This document shows positions 1 to 12,621 of a stretch of 64,000 bases of DNA, piece after piece. The translations under genes and the position numbers were made by a program. The DNA comes from Octopus sinensis. Its lineage: Eukaryota. Numbering within the stretch: the stretch's first letter is position 1; each line of letters begins with the position of its first letter. Where the stretch lies: assembly GCF_006345805.1 (NCBI RefSeq), contig NC_042997.1, forward strand, positions 73,036,001 to 73,100,000. The letters run 5' to 3'. The notes beneath the pieces were generated by a model. It was not told the origin of the DNA. It ran no database searches and was given only the letters and a program-made list of their open reading frames with translations.

Positions 1-1199
1 TAGGTTGCTTACTAGCTCACCCACTAATCTATCTCTTCTATGGCTAGCTCTTTCCTAAATGCTATTGATTCTACTCTAATCACCCTCTTCAAGGTACCCT
101 ATTACCGGTTGTTGACGACAGCCCCCTAACCACCACCACCTTAATAATAATGACAACTCTTCCAAGACTAGAAGTTTTAGAGAGAGGGGTTAATTGATTA
201 CATTGGCTTCAGTACTTGATTCGTACTTTAATATATCGACCCTGTTTGGAGTATAAACATGTTTTATTCAGCTTTTCTTTTCATATCTGTCTGAGTTGCC
301 TTCCTCTTTTGACTGTTATTGTTGTAATGCTTCAGATTCTATTCAATCTTTTCAACGAAAGATTGTCAGGGATGAGTGAAAAGACAGAAAAATTAAAATA
401 GAATCTGAAGCAGCTATAAGTCCACATTCTGAAGTTCCAGAAGCTTGAGACCTCATACACAAAAGAACAAATGACTTTTTAAATACGACTGGGTTACTAT
501 AGTAAATCTTATAAGCTTTATTACGCATCATTGCATTTTTACGCATCATAGCTTTTTTACACATCAGAAAAAGGGATTTGTATAGAATCTTCTGCTGAAT
601 ACTTATGCTCTGAAAATGATTGATTAGAAAACAAATATACTTCAAATATTTTGTTTTTAGATATATTTTCTTAGCGGAGAGTTAGCAAGTCCTTTCGAAC
701 TTCAAGAGAAAAGTCTGCTGAACATTCTCTTAGGAGATTGAGGTTTCGCACACTTAATCTTTAATCGAGACAGTGTCTCAAACGTCAAGCTTTCTTCTCA
801 AAGCAGGTTATTTTTTTTCAACTACTTCCTTACTTGGAGATTTAGGACCTCACTAGTTTCCTTGGATTCTGGATGTTACAGCATCCTTTGAGATTTTCAA
901 CAAGATTTTATTGTCATATTCACTATTCAGTATTTTCCTTCTCTATATATTTTCTTTCACAAATGCTAGGTTGCAGTCTCTCTGGAATAAAAGTATTTTG
1001 GTTGTGAACTTCTATGTATTCTGAATGTATTTACTCAACAACACTTGCAAATATGTACAGGCAGTAATGACAACATTTAGAAAACAACTGCTACAATATT
1101 TGTCATAATTTAGTAATATTATATCACAATGATTACGAGAACATATTTTATTTCGTGGAACATATTTTTATAAAAATGTTGCTTTAAAGGCCATTGCAG

Positions 1200-2650
1200 A
1201 CCTGATTAGTAGACCAGTGATGTGTATATTGTCACAAGCATTCCATTGTCTCTGTTGTAAATGCCTTAACTTTTATAGCTACTTCCTAACCAAATATCTA
1301 TTATAGGACATTTGGCTCACAGATGTAAGTGGCGAGAATATTGTTAAATTGTTTACTTGATTCTATGTATATCCTCTTTCCGAAAAGTCGGTTGCTTCAG
1401 TCTATCAATTGAAAAGCATGCTAAGTTTCCTTTTATGAGATTAAAGTATTGAATCCGAAGAAACTGGCAAGAGTTTAGGTTATCAACAGTAGTGTAAGTA
1501 AATTAAGGAGAGTTTCTTGGCAGTCAATAAGCCATAAGGAATGGAAAAAGCTCACGGAGTGTTATACTACAACTGAATATTTTAAGTATATATAGACAGG
1601 GAGAGAATTCCAAAGGGACAATATTATTGGGCTGAAGGACTAAAATTAGTAATTAATGCAGGCCTTGTGGGTAGCTATAATATGGCTGGTTATATTTTTG
1701 CAGAGTATTGAGATGATTCACTACCTGAAGAAATCTGTATTAGTTTAACCGTTATGATGAAAACTGAAAAAATAAAAACTTTTGAATATGAAATTATATT
1801 TAAACAGTTATCTATTAACGTGCAATTTGCTCAACTACAGTTGTTTCATTGTTAATATGAATATAAAATAATTCAAACGGAGAGAATGATTATTCTATCA
1901 ATACATATTCAAGAAAATAACATCAGTTTCTTCACACAAGGCACATAACACGTGAAATGTAAAGGCTGTAAAGTTCATGCATTTACTAATCACTACAAAC
2001 TTTGACATATAGGACAGATTCATTTTAAAATGCTGTATAATGGGACTTTTAAAGATAGAGCTTTATTGAACCTTGAATGTAGCTGTAGATGCAGAGATTA
2101 TCAATGCTATTGCTGTGCGAAGAGTGAATCTGTTAGATACAACATACAATAAAATTTGCGGAGACTTTTAATCTTTTAAAGTAGTATTGCATAGCACTTT
2201 GCTTCTATGACGCTGGAATAGAAATAGCAAAAAATATGTTAATCAATCAGCGTGCAGATATATTGAGGCTTGTGTCATTTTAATACTTCTAACATTTTAT
2301 TCGTATTTTTCATTCTTTCCTATCGCTAGTTAGAGCCAAAAGTAGTTTAGCAGCAAAAAAAAAGTAATTATGTTATTGTTGCTTAGCTTCAAGTTAGCGC
2401 ACTGGTTGAACGGACATGATCAAAAGCCTTCAAATTGTGACTATTCTATGATATTATCACATAGAGCATATTTAGGAGGACATTATCCAATGTCCTCTTT
2501 TAAAAATATGGATGGGGTTTATGAAAAATTTGATTGCTGTTTCTTGCAGGTTGACTGACCACGTAGAAGCTCTTTCACTGACTCATAAAAAGTCATTATT
2601 TCTTCATATGCTCAGAGGAACGGCGACACGCTAATTATGCGAAAATCTGA
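1200..2650 (-). mobile_element. Highly degraded CR1/L2/Jockey-like LINE RT remnant
   Basis: Manual minus-strand translation gives, in order and with many stops and frameshifts: DFRIISV (~2640, cf. DYRPISL), LKAFDHV (~2420), YLTD and IQGS (~2130-2070, cf. PQGS), RHLQQRQWN (~1250, cf. RHFFSxRVVxxWN). Boundaries approximate. Confidence 0.5.
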
Positions 2651-2729
2651 TTAAATAAATCCAGGGATCATGTAACTGCATTATTCACATCGACTTTATA
2701 AATATTTCTTCTATCCCCCTGCCTCTACG

Positions 2730-3213
2730 TCCCTCTCTTCTCTCCCCACGTGACTGGTTTTCGGCCAAGCCTGATCTTTCTTTCATGGTTCGGCCGTTGT
2801 CCGTGCAACATCTATATTCTTCCCAGTGCCTGTGAAATCTTGTATCCCTGCCGTAAGGCTTTACTTCCACAAACACCAGCTTAATTTAATTCATCCTTAG
2901 ACGAAAGACACCTGTTGTTAATTTCCTGTTATTTGTATTTGTGTAACTTTCTCCGTTTTTTCCGTCCTTGTTTTCGTATACATTCGCTGCTTTCTTCCAA
3001 GGAATCTAATGCTCTTAGGTTAGATTTTCCTTGGGGTTGGCCAGATTGGAGCAATCTGGAGTATAACCAGCCGAAACTGTAAAGATAATCTGGAACTCGA
3101 CTCTGGAAAGAAAACTCTGAATGACCCGTCCTTGTTTCCTTTGTATCATCTATCTGGATGTTTTATTGTCCATTTCTTGTATCACCTAACTGTCCCATTC
3201 TTGTCCCATTTTA

Positions 3214-3215
<2 letters not shown>
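2730..3215 (+). repeat. Non-coding interspersed repeat, same family as 16668-17212, ending TTGTCCCATTTT at (TA)n
   Basis: Colinear shared blocks with 16668-17212: cacgtga, tgccgtaaggc, cgtatacattcg, aatctaatgct, cagccgaaa, gaatgacccgtcc, cttgtcccatttt. Confidence 0.75.
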
Positions 3216-3264
<49 letters not shown>

Positions 3265-3471
3265 TATATATAATATATATATATATATACATATATACAC
3301 ACATTTTTTTCTCCCCTTGTTTTTTTGTGTCCCTTTCTGTAGAAGAGCGTAGGAATAGAAGAGCCCAGGAACAGAAAAAGAAGACTTTTTCTATTCCTGA
3401 GCGTTATACTAATACATCTGTTTGTTTTGTACACTACCTGTCTTCGTCTTTTGTTTTTTTTCGTAAACACT

Positions 3472-3528
<57 letters not shown>

Positions 3529-3585
3529 GTGCGCGCGCGTGTGTGTGTAGGTGTTTGCGTGTATGCGTGTGAGTGTATATATATA

Positions 3586-3619
<34 letters not shown>

Positions 3620-3623
3620 GATA

Positions 3624-3692
<69 letters not shown>

Positions 3693-3702
3693 GATAGATA
3701 GA
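3213..3702. repeat. Compound microsatellites (TA)n and (GATA)n
   Basis: Directly visible; they generate the YIYI and LSIY pseudo-ORFs. Confidence 0.95.
3301..3475 (+). repeat. Short PLE-terminus-like repeat with a disrupted minimal hammerhead motif
   Basis: tttCTGTAGAAGAGCGTAGG at 3334-3353; downstream aagactttttctattcct...ctgtcttcgtcttttgt...cgtaaa..ctccctata shared with 62196-62292 and partly with 7836-7950 (-). Confidence 0.65.
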
Positions 3703-4309
3703 TATGCATGTATATATGCGCGCGCACCCACACACATACGCGCACATGTGCTCACACAACAACAAAAAAATTCTTCTGGTAAAAACTGACCCTTGTTCAG
3801 GGTTTCATCGGACGACAGAAAACTTATGACAACTCTCGTTGATAATTGTGGGAACTAAATGGTAAGCACTTCATTATCATTGGCGCACAGTATTTAGAAA
3901 CAGCAGAATCCAACTAGTGTAGATGTTTTGCGATACGATACCAAAATAAAATTTTCATGTGTTGCTGTTACAGTGAATTTCAGTGTTATGACATTAAGTC
4001 CGAAATGCGATAAATAACTCATTTAACCACCCTTCAATAAGGTAGATTTAATTTGAGTACTACACTCACCTGTCTCCCTCATAATATCAACCCACGTCTT
4101 ATACCCATGGAATTAATATATTAAGTTTCTGAAAATATTGCGTATTATAGATTTTCTTTTAAAGCAATTTTCATGTTAACTAATTTCATAAGATTATAGT
4201 TCTGACAGAGCATCATATACTTTTAAGGGGAGGGGTATATTCAATTATATTGATACCAGTATATATCTGGTGCTTTATGGACCTCTTAAAGAAAGAAATG
4301 TAAAGTTCA

Positions 4310-4379
4310 CACACACTCACGCATATACATACACACATACATACACACATACATACGTACATCCATCCATCCATCCATC

Positions 4380-4451
<72 letters not shown>

Positions 4452-4468
4452 TAGATAGATAGATATAG

Positions 4469-4544
<76 letters not shown>

Positions 4545-4545
4545 G
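4310..4545. repeat. Compound microsatellite (CA/TACA/CCAT/TA/GATA)
   Basis: Directly visible. Confidence 0.95.
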
Positions 4546-4957
4546 GAAAAGAAAAAATGATACAAGTCCACCATTTACTGACTTATATATAATACAAATA
4601 AGAAAATGGAGAAACAAATTCATTTCGATCATCAACTTACGGATATTACAATTTCATATTGTTTATTAATTATACAAATGAGAATATGAAAATCGAACAA
4701 AACAATATACATCAATATGTAAAATAATAATAAAAATTAAAATAATACAAATAAACTGCTCCTTACAGCTGTTTCAGCCTATGGTCAAGAGTCAATCCAA
4801 CTTAAATTGCCTAGGGGTCCATTTAGGAGGATTGTAAGAGGTCATATGTATATTTTCTTGAATATATATGTATATATATATAATATATATATATATATAT
4901 AATATATATATATATATTATATATTATATATATATAATATATATATATATGTATATA

Positions 4958-4997
<40 letters not shown>

Positions 4998-5803
4998 TAT
5001 ATATGCACGTATGTATACATATGTACATATATATATGGATATGGTTTTTTAAAAATATTTTTTCAATTTAAAAAACTTTTTAAAATATTTTTATTGGCAG
5101 TTCATGATGATTTTCTCTTCCACTTTCATGTGTGTATATGGGAATAGACGCATACATATTTATATTTATTTATATGTATTCCATTAAATGCAGGTTTGCG
5201 TTGTCCATTTTGTACTTTTTTGTGGAAGTATGCATTGCATATGTATAGCTGGTTTTGTCCATCGAATGATTTTTGGTTTAAATTTGCATATATGTGCATG
5301 TATGTATAAATGCCAGTTGTAGGTGGAAAATAATTCAGTGGACCTAGTTGTTTATTTACGTATTGCATAATTATATGTAAGCTTGCGTTGTCCATCGTTT
5401 ACTTTTTGGTTTTAGTATACTTTGATGTGTATGTATGTATAAATGCAATTCGTATATGTAAAATAAGATAATAGATATAATAATTTTTTTGTTTACTTAA
5501 CACGTAACCCTATAGGCATAATTCCCTTCTTAGGTATAAATCACTTATTAAGTATTAGTACATACACGACCGTATGTAAGTTTGCGTTATCAATCGTTTA
5601 ATATTTTGGTTTTAGTATACTTTGATGTGTATGTATATATAAATGCAATTCTGTATATGTAAAATAAGATAATAGATGTAATTATTATTTTTTATTTTTT
5701 GTTTACTTTTATTCAACATTTTATTCAGTTTAGATAAACTATTATGATCTGTTTAATTAATTTTCTGACCCCATATTGTTTTGAAGCAGGCCTAACGGAT
5801 GCG

Positions 5804-6038
5804 TTTAAATGAATTAGCCAATTGGAAATAGATCAAGAGTTTACGTGACTGCTCCCTGAACCTTAATATATTTTGAATATTTAATATGCATAGATTAAAT
5901 TGCCAATATTTTAAATGACAATTTTAAATGAATTAGCCAATTGGAAATAGATCAAGAGTTTACGTGACTGCTCCCTGAACCTTAATATATTTTGAATATT
6001 TAATATGCATAGATTAAATTGCCAATATTTTAAATGAC
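5804..6038. repeat. Perfect tandem duplication, ~116-bp unit
   Basis: tttaaatgaattagccaattgg...gccaatattttaaatgac at 5804-5919 and 5923-6038. Confidence 0.9.
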
Positions 6039-6700
6039 TGCTCCCCAACCCCCAGTATAACTTTAAATATCTTTATATATTTAACATGCATACTTTAACG
6101 CAAACCTCGAACTGAATTAAACTTGGACATGGAGTTACTACTATGTTTTTTAAATTAAATTTATTTGATTATGCGGATGTATTAACTTTAATATCCATAT
6201 AACAGCAATGTAAACACTGTGAAATCTGATATGCATATAACAGGGACTTATATTTTGTGGAACTGACCTTACCTGGACTTGTAATTCGGACTGAATGTTT
6301 TGGATGCTAGAATTTAACTTATTCGTGTTAAGCGGATGCGTTAAGTATTATTTAGATTATGTTTGTATAACATATTCATACGCAAATATCTTGTTTGTGC
6401 ATATGTGTATATATATGTGTACGTGTGAACATTTATACTTCGTACCTTGTTTCATGAATTTTTGATACGTTGTTTATTATTACCGTTAAAACAACATTAT
6501 TGTTGGTTTTGTTAAAAGTGGTAGTATATTACGTTAGAATGCATTTACTGAACTATACGAAACATGATAATCCAATGTAATGTGATATATTGTTCAATGT
6601 TGTTCTTTATGTTTTTTGCACATGTGATTAATATGTACGATTTGCCTATGTATGTATATGTATGTATATTTGTATATTTTATATGTATATATGTGTTTAT

Positions 6701-6760
6701 AAAGGCGGTGCTCCAGCATGGCCGCAGTCAAATGACTGAAACAAGTAAAAGAGTAAAAGA
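6701..6760 (+). mobile_element. SINE 3' tail (octopus-type tRNA-derived SINE family)
   Basis: aaggcggtgctccagcatggccgcagtcaaatgactgaaacaagtaaaaga; related motifs at 12041 (-), 28887 (-), 57610 and 60620. Confidence 0.75.
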
Positions 6761-6809
6761 GTATATATATATGTATGTATTTTGAATATCCGTCTCATTT
6801 ATTTTCTTG

Positions 6810-7285
6810 TTTCTTGGGTTCTTGAGGTGGTCATTAAGCTCTGCAGTAATTTTGGGAGCTGTAGTTTTGTGTTCCTTTCTAATACTTCGTGTAAGAGTCC
6901 GACGGTCCCTAACTGAAAGTTTTGGTTTTCTTCCGGAGTTTTGTTTCGACGAGGAGGTTTTCCCTGTTTCTCAAAGGCTGTCATTACTTTCGAGACAGTA
7001 CTTCTTGATACACCAAGCATTTCGGCTGTTTTCGTTACGCTAGCGCCTACCATACGAGCACAAACAAGTTGACCTCTTTGAAAGCCCGATGGATCTGTCA
7101 TTTTAATGAATTTTAATCACCTTTTTCTGATGATATCTGAAAAGAAACAGCAATTTTAGCAAAACATATTAAGCAATACTAATAAATCAAAAAACAAAAA
7201 TAAACAAGCTTTTGACGGTTTTACAGATATTTCAAAATTATGATGCTATGATGCTAGGTATTTCCATTATTTTGTTCAAAACCTG
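6810..7285 (-). mobile_element. Tc1-family DNA transposon, left end with N-terminal transposase HTH (frameshifted, truncated)
   Basis: ORF 6799..7101: FQRGQLVCARMVGASVTKTAEMLGVSRSTVSKV (paired-like HTH). TIR-like end TA-CAGGTTTTGAACAAAATAATGGAAATACC on the minus strand starting at 7287. Confidence 0.85.
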
Positions 7286-7333
7286 TATAATATATAAATC
7301 AAAATGGAGGACAGATTTTCGTAGGTCAAATTC

Positions 7334-7364
<31 letters not shown>

Positions 7365-7483
7365 ATAATAATAAATCCCCCCCACCAAAAAAAAAACAAA
7401 ACAAACACAACAAGAATAATTAACAACACGAGGACGTGATGCATGCAAAGTATTAGCAGACACTCAGGGAAGGAAAGAACGGT

Positions 7484-7520
7484 TGTTTTGCGTTTCGAGC
7501 AAAGCTCTTCTTCAGAAACA
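7484..7520 (-). ncRNA. Minimal type I hammerhead ribozyme motif, cleavage triplet mutated (GCA)
   Basis: Minus strand UGUUU-CUGAAGA-A-GAGC-UUU-GCUC-GAAA-CG-C-A-AAACA: 5-bp helix I, 4-bp helix II, intact core; U16.1 is C. Confidence 0.65.
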
Positions 7521-7588
7521 GGAGACAGAGGGAGGTCCAAGAGACAAGGAAGATGGAGGGAAAAAAATTGCCAACGATCAACATGTGG

Positions 7589-7826
<238 letters not shown>

Positions 7827-7835
7827 GTTCAAATT

Positions 7836-7952
7836 TATAGAAAACAAAAGACGAAGACAGGTGTAGGAGCAAAAAGCAGGTGTATTGGTTTAACGCTCGG
7901 GAGGAATGAGATCGTATTTTACGTTTCGAGCCTACGCTCTTTGACAGAAAGG
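7836..7952 (-). repeat. Short repeat with variant minimal hammerhead motif (family of 3301 and 62196)
   Basis: Minus strand tttCTGTCAAAGAGCGTAGGCTCGAAACGTAAAA followed by ...acacctgtcttcgtcttttgt toward (TA)n. Confidence 0.65.
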
Positions 7953-8015
7953 ATTAAAGGGAAAAAACGGAGAAAGAATGATAAAAAACGGAAAGAGAGA
8001 GGAAAAATACATACA

Positions 8016-8450
8016 TACACTTGAGGCTCAACCGAAAGTTAACCAAAAGTGCCTTTAACTTTTTGACGCTGATCATTCAAATTACACGTGTTGCTAGAAT
8101 AACCCTTCCTCTACAGAAACGTACTTCTAAACATAATTTCCATCACACGTGATACTTTTGCACCATAGGCGAACCTAACTTTTGAAATCTCTTTGAAAAA
8201 TACCAGTGTGCACTGTTATAACCGCTTCTTTACAGTCATTTCTACCTTGTCTGTGTCATCAAATTGGTGTCCCTGAAGATTGTTCGTCATTGGACTGCAC
8301 AAGTGGACACGAGAAGGCGACAAAGTTCAGATCGTGCGATAGATGGGGACCACAGTTCAACCCAATTTGCCAGTTGCCTGATTGTTGCCAAAGATGTCAT
8401 GATAAATATGGATCATTTCTAGATTCTTGTTTGGTCTCTTCCTTTTAATG
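8016..8450 (-). mobile_element. Mariner transposase C-terminal remnant with right end
   Basis: Minus-strand fragments KLG*TVVP / HLSHDL (cf. LGWEVLPHPPYSPDL) and LQGHQFDDTDKVEMTVKKRL; TIR-like sequence near 8016-8040. Confidence 0.7.
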
Positions 8451-11400
8451 ATTCTGTACAACCACGTTCTAGAATATCAAAGAGAATGATACCCTTTGTT
8501 CCCCTCTCCCTCCCCTAAGAAAAAAAAACAGTCACCATGACTCCCTGTGCCGTTCGTTGGCTTTTTAACTTTTAGGGCTCGGAGAAATGGCATGATGTCA
8601 TTCCATAGATTGAACCTTCGCTTCGGGATGATAAATATCGACTGTGCCACCCACATTGTGTGTAGCTTTGTGCTTATGTTAGAAATTAATATACAATGTG
8701 TGAGCATTTTAGGTTGGTGATAAATTTGTAGTTTCAATTCTCGACCGAGGCAATGTTTGCTTCACTGGTGTTAATAATAACACTGGAAAAGATATGAATA
8801 TCACAGCAATTCAATTGACTTCAATCATTCATACATGCGAGAAGGTAATAGAAGAGCATGTCAGTATTTATTCCTTCTGTAGACTATAGTAGTTATATCA
8901 GGTTATGATTTATATGTAAGTTGAATAGTAACAATATCATGAAAAGCTGCGAAATCCAATGAAAAAGTATTTCTATAGATGTGACTGATGTAAATTATTA
9001 GAGATTTACAAAGAAATACGATACACATTCAAGAAACAAATGAAATAATAATTTTGACTGTGCTTGATGTTATAGTCTTGTAAAAACCATTTCTAAGGAT
9101 AGTTGGCATGCTAACACAATTATTCTTTTCAGGAATATCTCAGAATACTTTCAACATGGATGACTGGGTTAAGTATGTCAGAGTGAATTGTTACATTCGT
9201 GTGTAACGAAATTATAATGCACTTGTTGCAATTACACATATACACACTTACTGCGGGACCGAGTGTACTTGCATATATGTATGCGTGCCTGCATTTCTTG
9301 CATATATGCTTATTCCGTAAATATATGCATGGGTGCCTGGATTTCATTTCATAGTTTGAAACGTAATAGTTTAGAAGGTTTTTTGATATTAAAATAATTA
9401 CTTTTGCGTATGAAGAGCTATAAAATCCCTTATATCCATTACTGTAACATGAGTAATGCACGAATGTAAAGAAATTCTAACATTAAACAACAGGGGTGTT
9501 AAAATAAATTGCAAATAAATACATTGGGGTTAGTTTAAAATAAAATAAAAAAATACTTATTACTTTTCATCTCAATAGACACAGATATCAGTAAAAGCCG
9601 CATACCGTTTCCGTTAGGTTTAATCTCATAGAATACAGTGAATTGACAACTTGTTACGTTACATTGTGTTTTAGCCCCAAGTAATCTCTGACTGAGCGGA
9701 TCTATAACCAAATGCATTACAGCCGTGATCACCCCATCATATTTTTCATAGATTACCACTAGACGACTGTCGTGCTATTTGACGGAGATTTGGCTGCTAT
9801 TTCGATAAAGTCGAGCGGGCGCTGCCGATACAATGATTTTGTTGAAATTAGAACCCCAGTAATTTTTTGATGGCTTGGTACGAGGATTGAACCAAGCTGT
9901 TAACAACTCATCAAGAATCGTTCACCCCTGAGTGGAATCGAACTTCAGATAAACACAATGGGATCGAACATGAGAGCTCGTGATTGAGTTCTTGGTTTCG
10001 ATTTTATTGTGTAATTTGTTCAAGCGTTTCTTATAACGTTGCCTTGTGTCCACTCGATCCTTGTGAATGAAACTGGGTAGACAGAAAATGTGTTAGCAAG
10101 CTTTGTCATACACCGTGTTTTACTGAGTCTGCTTGAGAACTACGTTAAAGATATACGTTTTTGTTGAATACTCAGCCACTTACATTCCAAATTGGTGAGT
10201 TGGTCATTTAGTTGATTGAAAAACAGGAATACTCGTTGTCGAAGCCGACAGAGGATTCATTTACTTATTTACCAGTATGTTTGCATTTCAGTTTTTTGCA
10301 CGATGTCTGCTAGTAAGTCTAAGGGAGGATATATTACTTCGTAGTGATTACATGCCAGTTCAGAGAGTGAAGTGAAACGACTGCAAACGGTAATTTTAAT
10401 GTTGCGAACACAAAAGAACTACTAAAGATATTAGATGTGATACGAAGGCTGATGATGAGATACGTCGCTATTTAGATGTGGCAACAAATAACAATCGGCC
10501 AGTAAACTTGCCAAATATAAATCAGGACGTAAGTTTGAATTTCCATAAGAACAATTTGTAAGTAATAGCTGCATTTCTAAAACCCTAGATAGCATGCTGG
10601 TAACTAGTAAAAGTCTTACTTAAGTTAAAATTTTCCCCAGACAAGCAGCCAACGTCTCAGTATTATTATTGCTGTGACAAACATAGAGAGATTGACCTTG
10701 ACTGAATTTCATAGTTACGTGCATAAAGAACAATTTGAAAACTTTCTTTACTATTCAGCTGAACATTTTCAGGGCCAAGGGTATATTTGCATATTCGATA
10801 ATGCACTTGTTCATAATGGGAGTCAAAGTTTTCAATTCAAGGTTTTTACTATTGTTGTTTGAAACATCAGTCGATGTGTTCGCCTCTATTATTAGAAGAC
10901 TGTTTTTCGTGCATATAGTACGCAATAAAAGCGGGAGTTTCTCCAGCAAATATTTGCGTAGAAGTGTTACAAAAGCATATACCAAGATAATATTCTCAGA
11001 AAATTTGCATTGGAGGCCACTGATGAATTGGCTCCCGAAAAAAGAAAGCTAGAAGGTATTACAATAATATAAGGAGTTTTACATCGATTCATGATTGATA
11101 AAAGCATAATTAAATAGGCTTGTTTACATTACAAACGATATGATGTTATAATTCTCTTTAAGGAAATTGTTTTGTTTTAATCTTGTTTTGAAATCATAAT
11201 TCCCAATTTAAAATTTATTCATTGCTATTTTGAAATCAATTTTACTTAAATTACTTATTCAAACAAGTTATATTGAATACAGCACAATTGTGCAGTTTTC
11301 AATATAATTTATAAATATCTCCATAAATTTTAGATTTCCCTGATGACAACTAGTCTTGCCTGACATGTTTGCTGATTAAGGATATATACCTACCTACAAG

Positions 11401-11902
11401 GTATATAAATAAATCTTTGGAAGAGAGCTGAACACAGCACTGTACATCAACGAAACACGCGTCATTCTTAGTACTAAAGACAGCAGATAAAATAAAGTTT
11501 CTATATTAGCTGTTTAAGTTACTCCTGTTATATCTGATTGATTATTTTAAAAGAGATCTATATGTATACTCTCGAGAAAGTAACAGACTAACAAATGAAT
11601 TAATAGTGGGGTTTGGAAGTTCGATTCACAATCACGTGAATTCAAATGCAATCCCACTACGTGGCGCTTAGAACGTGTGCTTTTTTCAAATTAATCACAT
11701 TGGTCGTGGGTTTTAGACAGTGAATCAAATAATACAAAATTTACATTTGGATGAAGGGTTTATGTATAGTTTGGTAGTAATTTATATGTAGTTTAGTAGT
11801 CACGTATCTACTAAAATACCTCCTTTATTCTTCCAATCATTAGAAAAGTACTTTTCTTATATTAGCTCTTATAATCTTATTGTTAAACATATATATTTAT
11901 AT

Positions 11903-11971
<69 letters not shown>

Positions 11972-12040
11972 TCACTCATACATAAATATATGTATACATG
12001 TATTCACTGTCATAAATATATATGTATTCTTTTATTTTTT

Positions 12041-12130
12041 ACTTGTTTCTGTCATTTGACTGCGGCCATGCTGGAACAACACCGCCTTTAATCGAACAAG
12101 TTGATCCTACAACTTATTCTTTATAAGCCG
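12041..12130 (-). mobile_element. SINE 3' tail
   Basis: acttgtttctgtcatttgactgcggccatgctggaacaacaccgcc, the reverse complement of the 6701 motif. Confidence 0.75.
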
Positions 12131-12269
12131 AACAATAATTTACGTTATTAATTCAAATCCTGTTATCGTATTCATGAATACGTTTTTCGTATATATATAT
12201 AAATATATATATATATATTTGTGAATTGAAGAAATGGAGCTGAACGCAGATTGAACAGAAATCGTTTTA

Positions 12270-12358
12270 TTTCATTCTACACGTGTTTCGAAAGGCACAA
12301 ATTACCAAAATCCGATTGAATAATGGGACCATATTGTGTCTTTCTCTTCAGGAAGAAA
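12270..12358 (-). ncRNA. Type I hammerhead ribozyme (left-arm copy)
   Basis: Exact reverse complement of 12533-12621. Confidence 0.8.
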
Positions 12359-12532
12359 AAAGGAAATCCGTTGGAAAAACAAAAACAGAACAGAGGCAGA
12401 GCAAAAAACAAATCGAACTGTGCTACTAAGAGCCCATGGCGAAACAGTTTCGCCATGGGCTCTTAGGAGCACAGTTCGATTTGTTTTTGCTCTGCCTCTG
12501 TTCTGTTTTTGTTTTTCCAACGGATTTCCTTT

Positions 12533-12621
12533 TTTCTTCCTGAAGAGAAAGACACAATATGGTCCCATTATTCAATCGGATTTTGGTAATTTGTGCCTTT
12601 CGAAACACGTGTAGAATGAAA
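12533..12621 (+). ncRNA. Type I hammerhead ribozyme, extended helix II, palindromic helix III loop; predicted cleavage after GUA at 12613
   Basis: UUUCUUC-CUGAAGA-[GAAAGACACAA...UUGUGCCUUUC]-GAAA-C-ACGU-GUA-GAA(U)GAAA. Core fully canonical; helix I 7 bp with one bulge; helix II 10 of 11 bp; ACGU tetraloop as in dimer-forming PLE hammerheads. Confidence 0.8.

Noticed and set aside
250-1000. Possible further LINE fragment (NLLRECSAD on the minus strand)
   Set aside because: Single weak motif, too degraded to delimit.
3787-3811. Minus-strand CCGATGA-A-ACCCT-GAACA-AGGGT resembling a hammerhead core plus helix II
   Set aside because: No GAAA or helix III follows; a similar ccttgttcaggg occurs in the unrelated repeat at ~52770.
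8275-8285. CTGAAGA hammerhead-core match
   Set aside because: It is antisense mariner coding sequence (LQG); no helix II or GAAA.
10674-11052. Overlapping ORFs with hydrophobic stretches (receptor-like?)
   Set aside because: No recognisable family motif or convincing splice context; length is within chance for AT-rich DNA.
12302-12614. Mirror ORFs on both strands
   Set aside because: A consequence of the palindrome; no protein motif.
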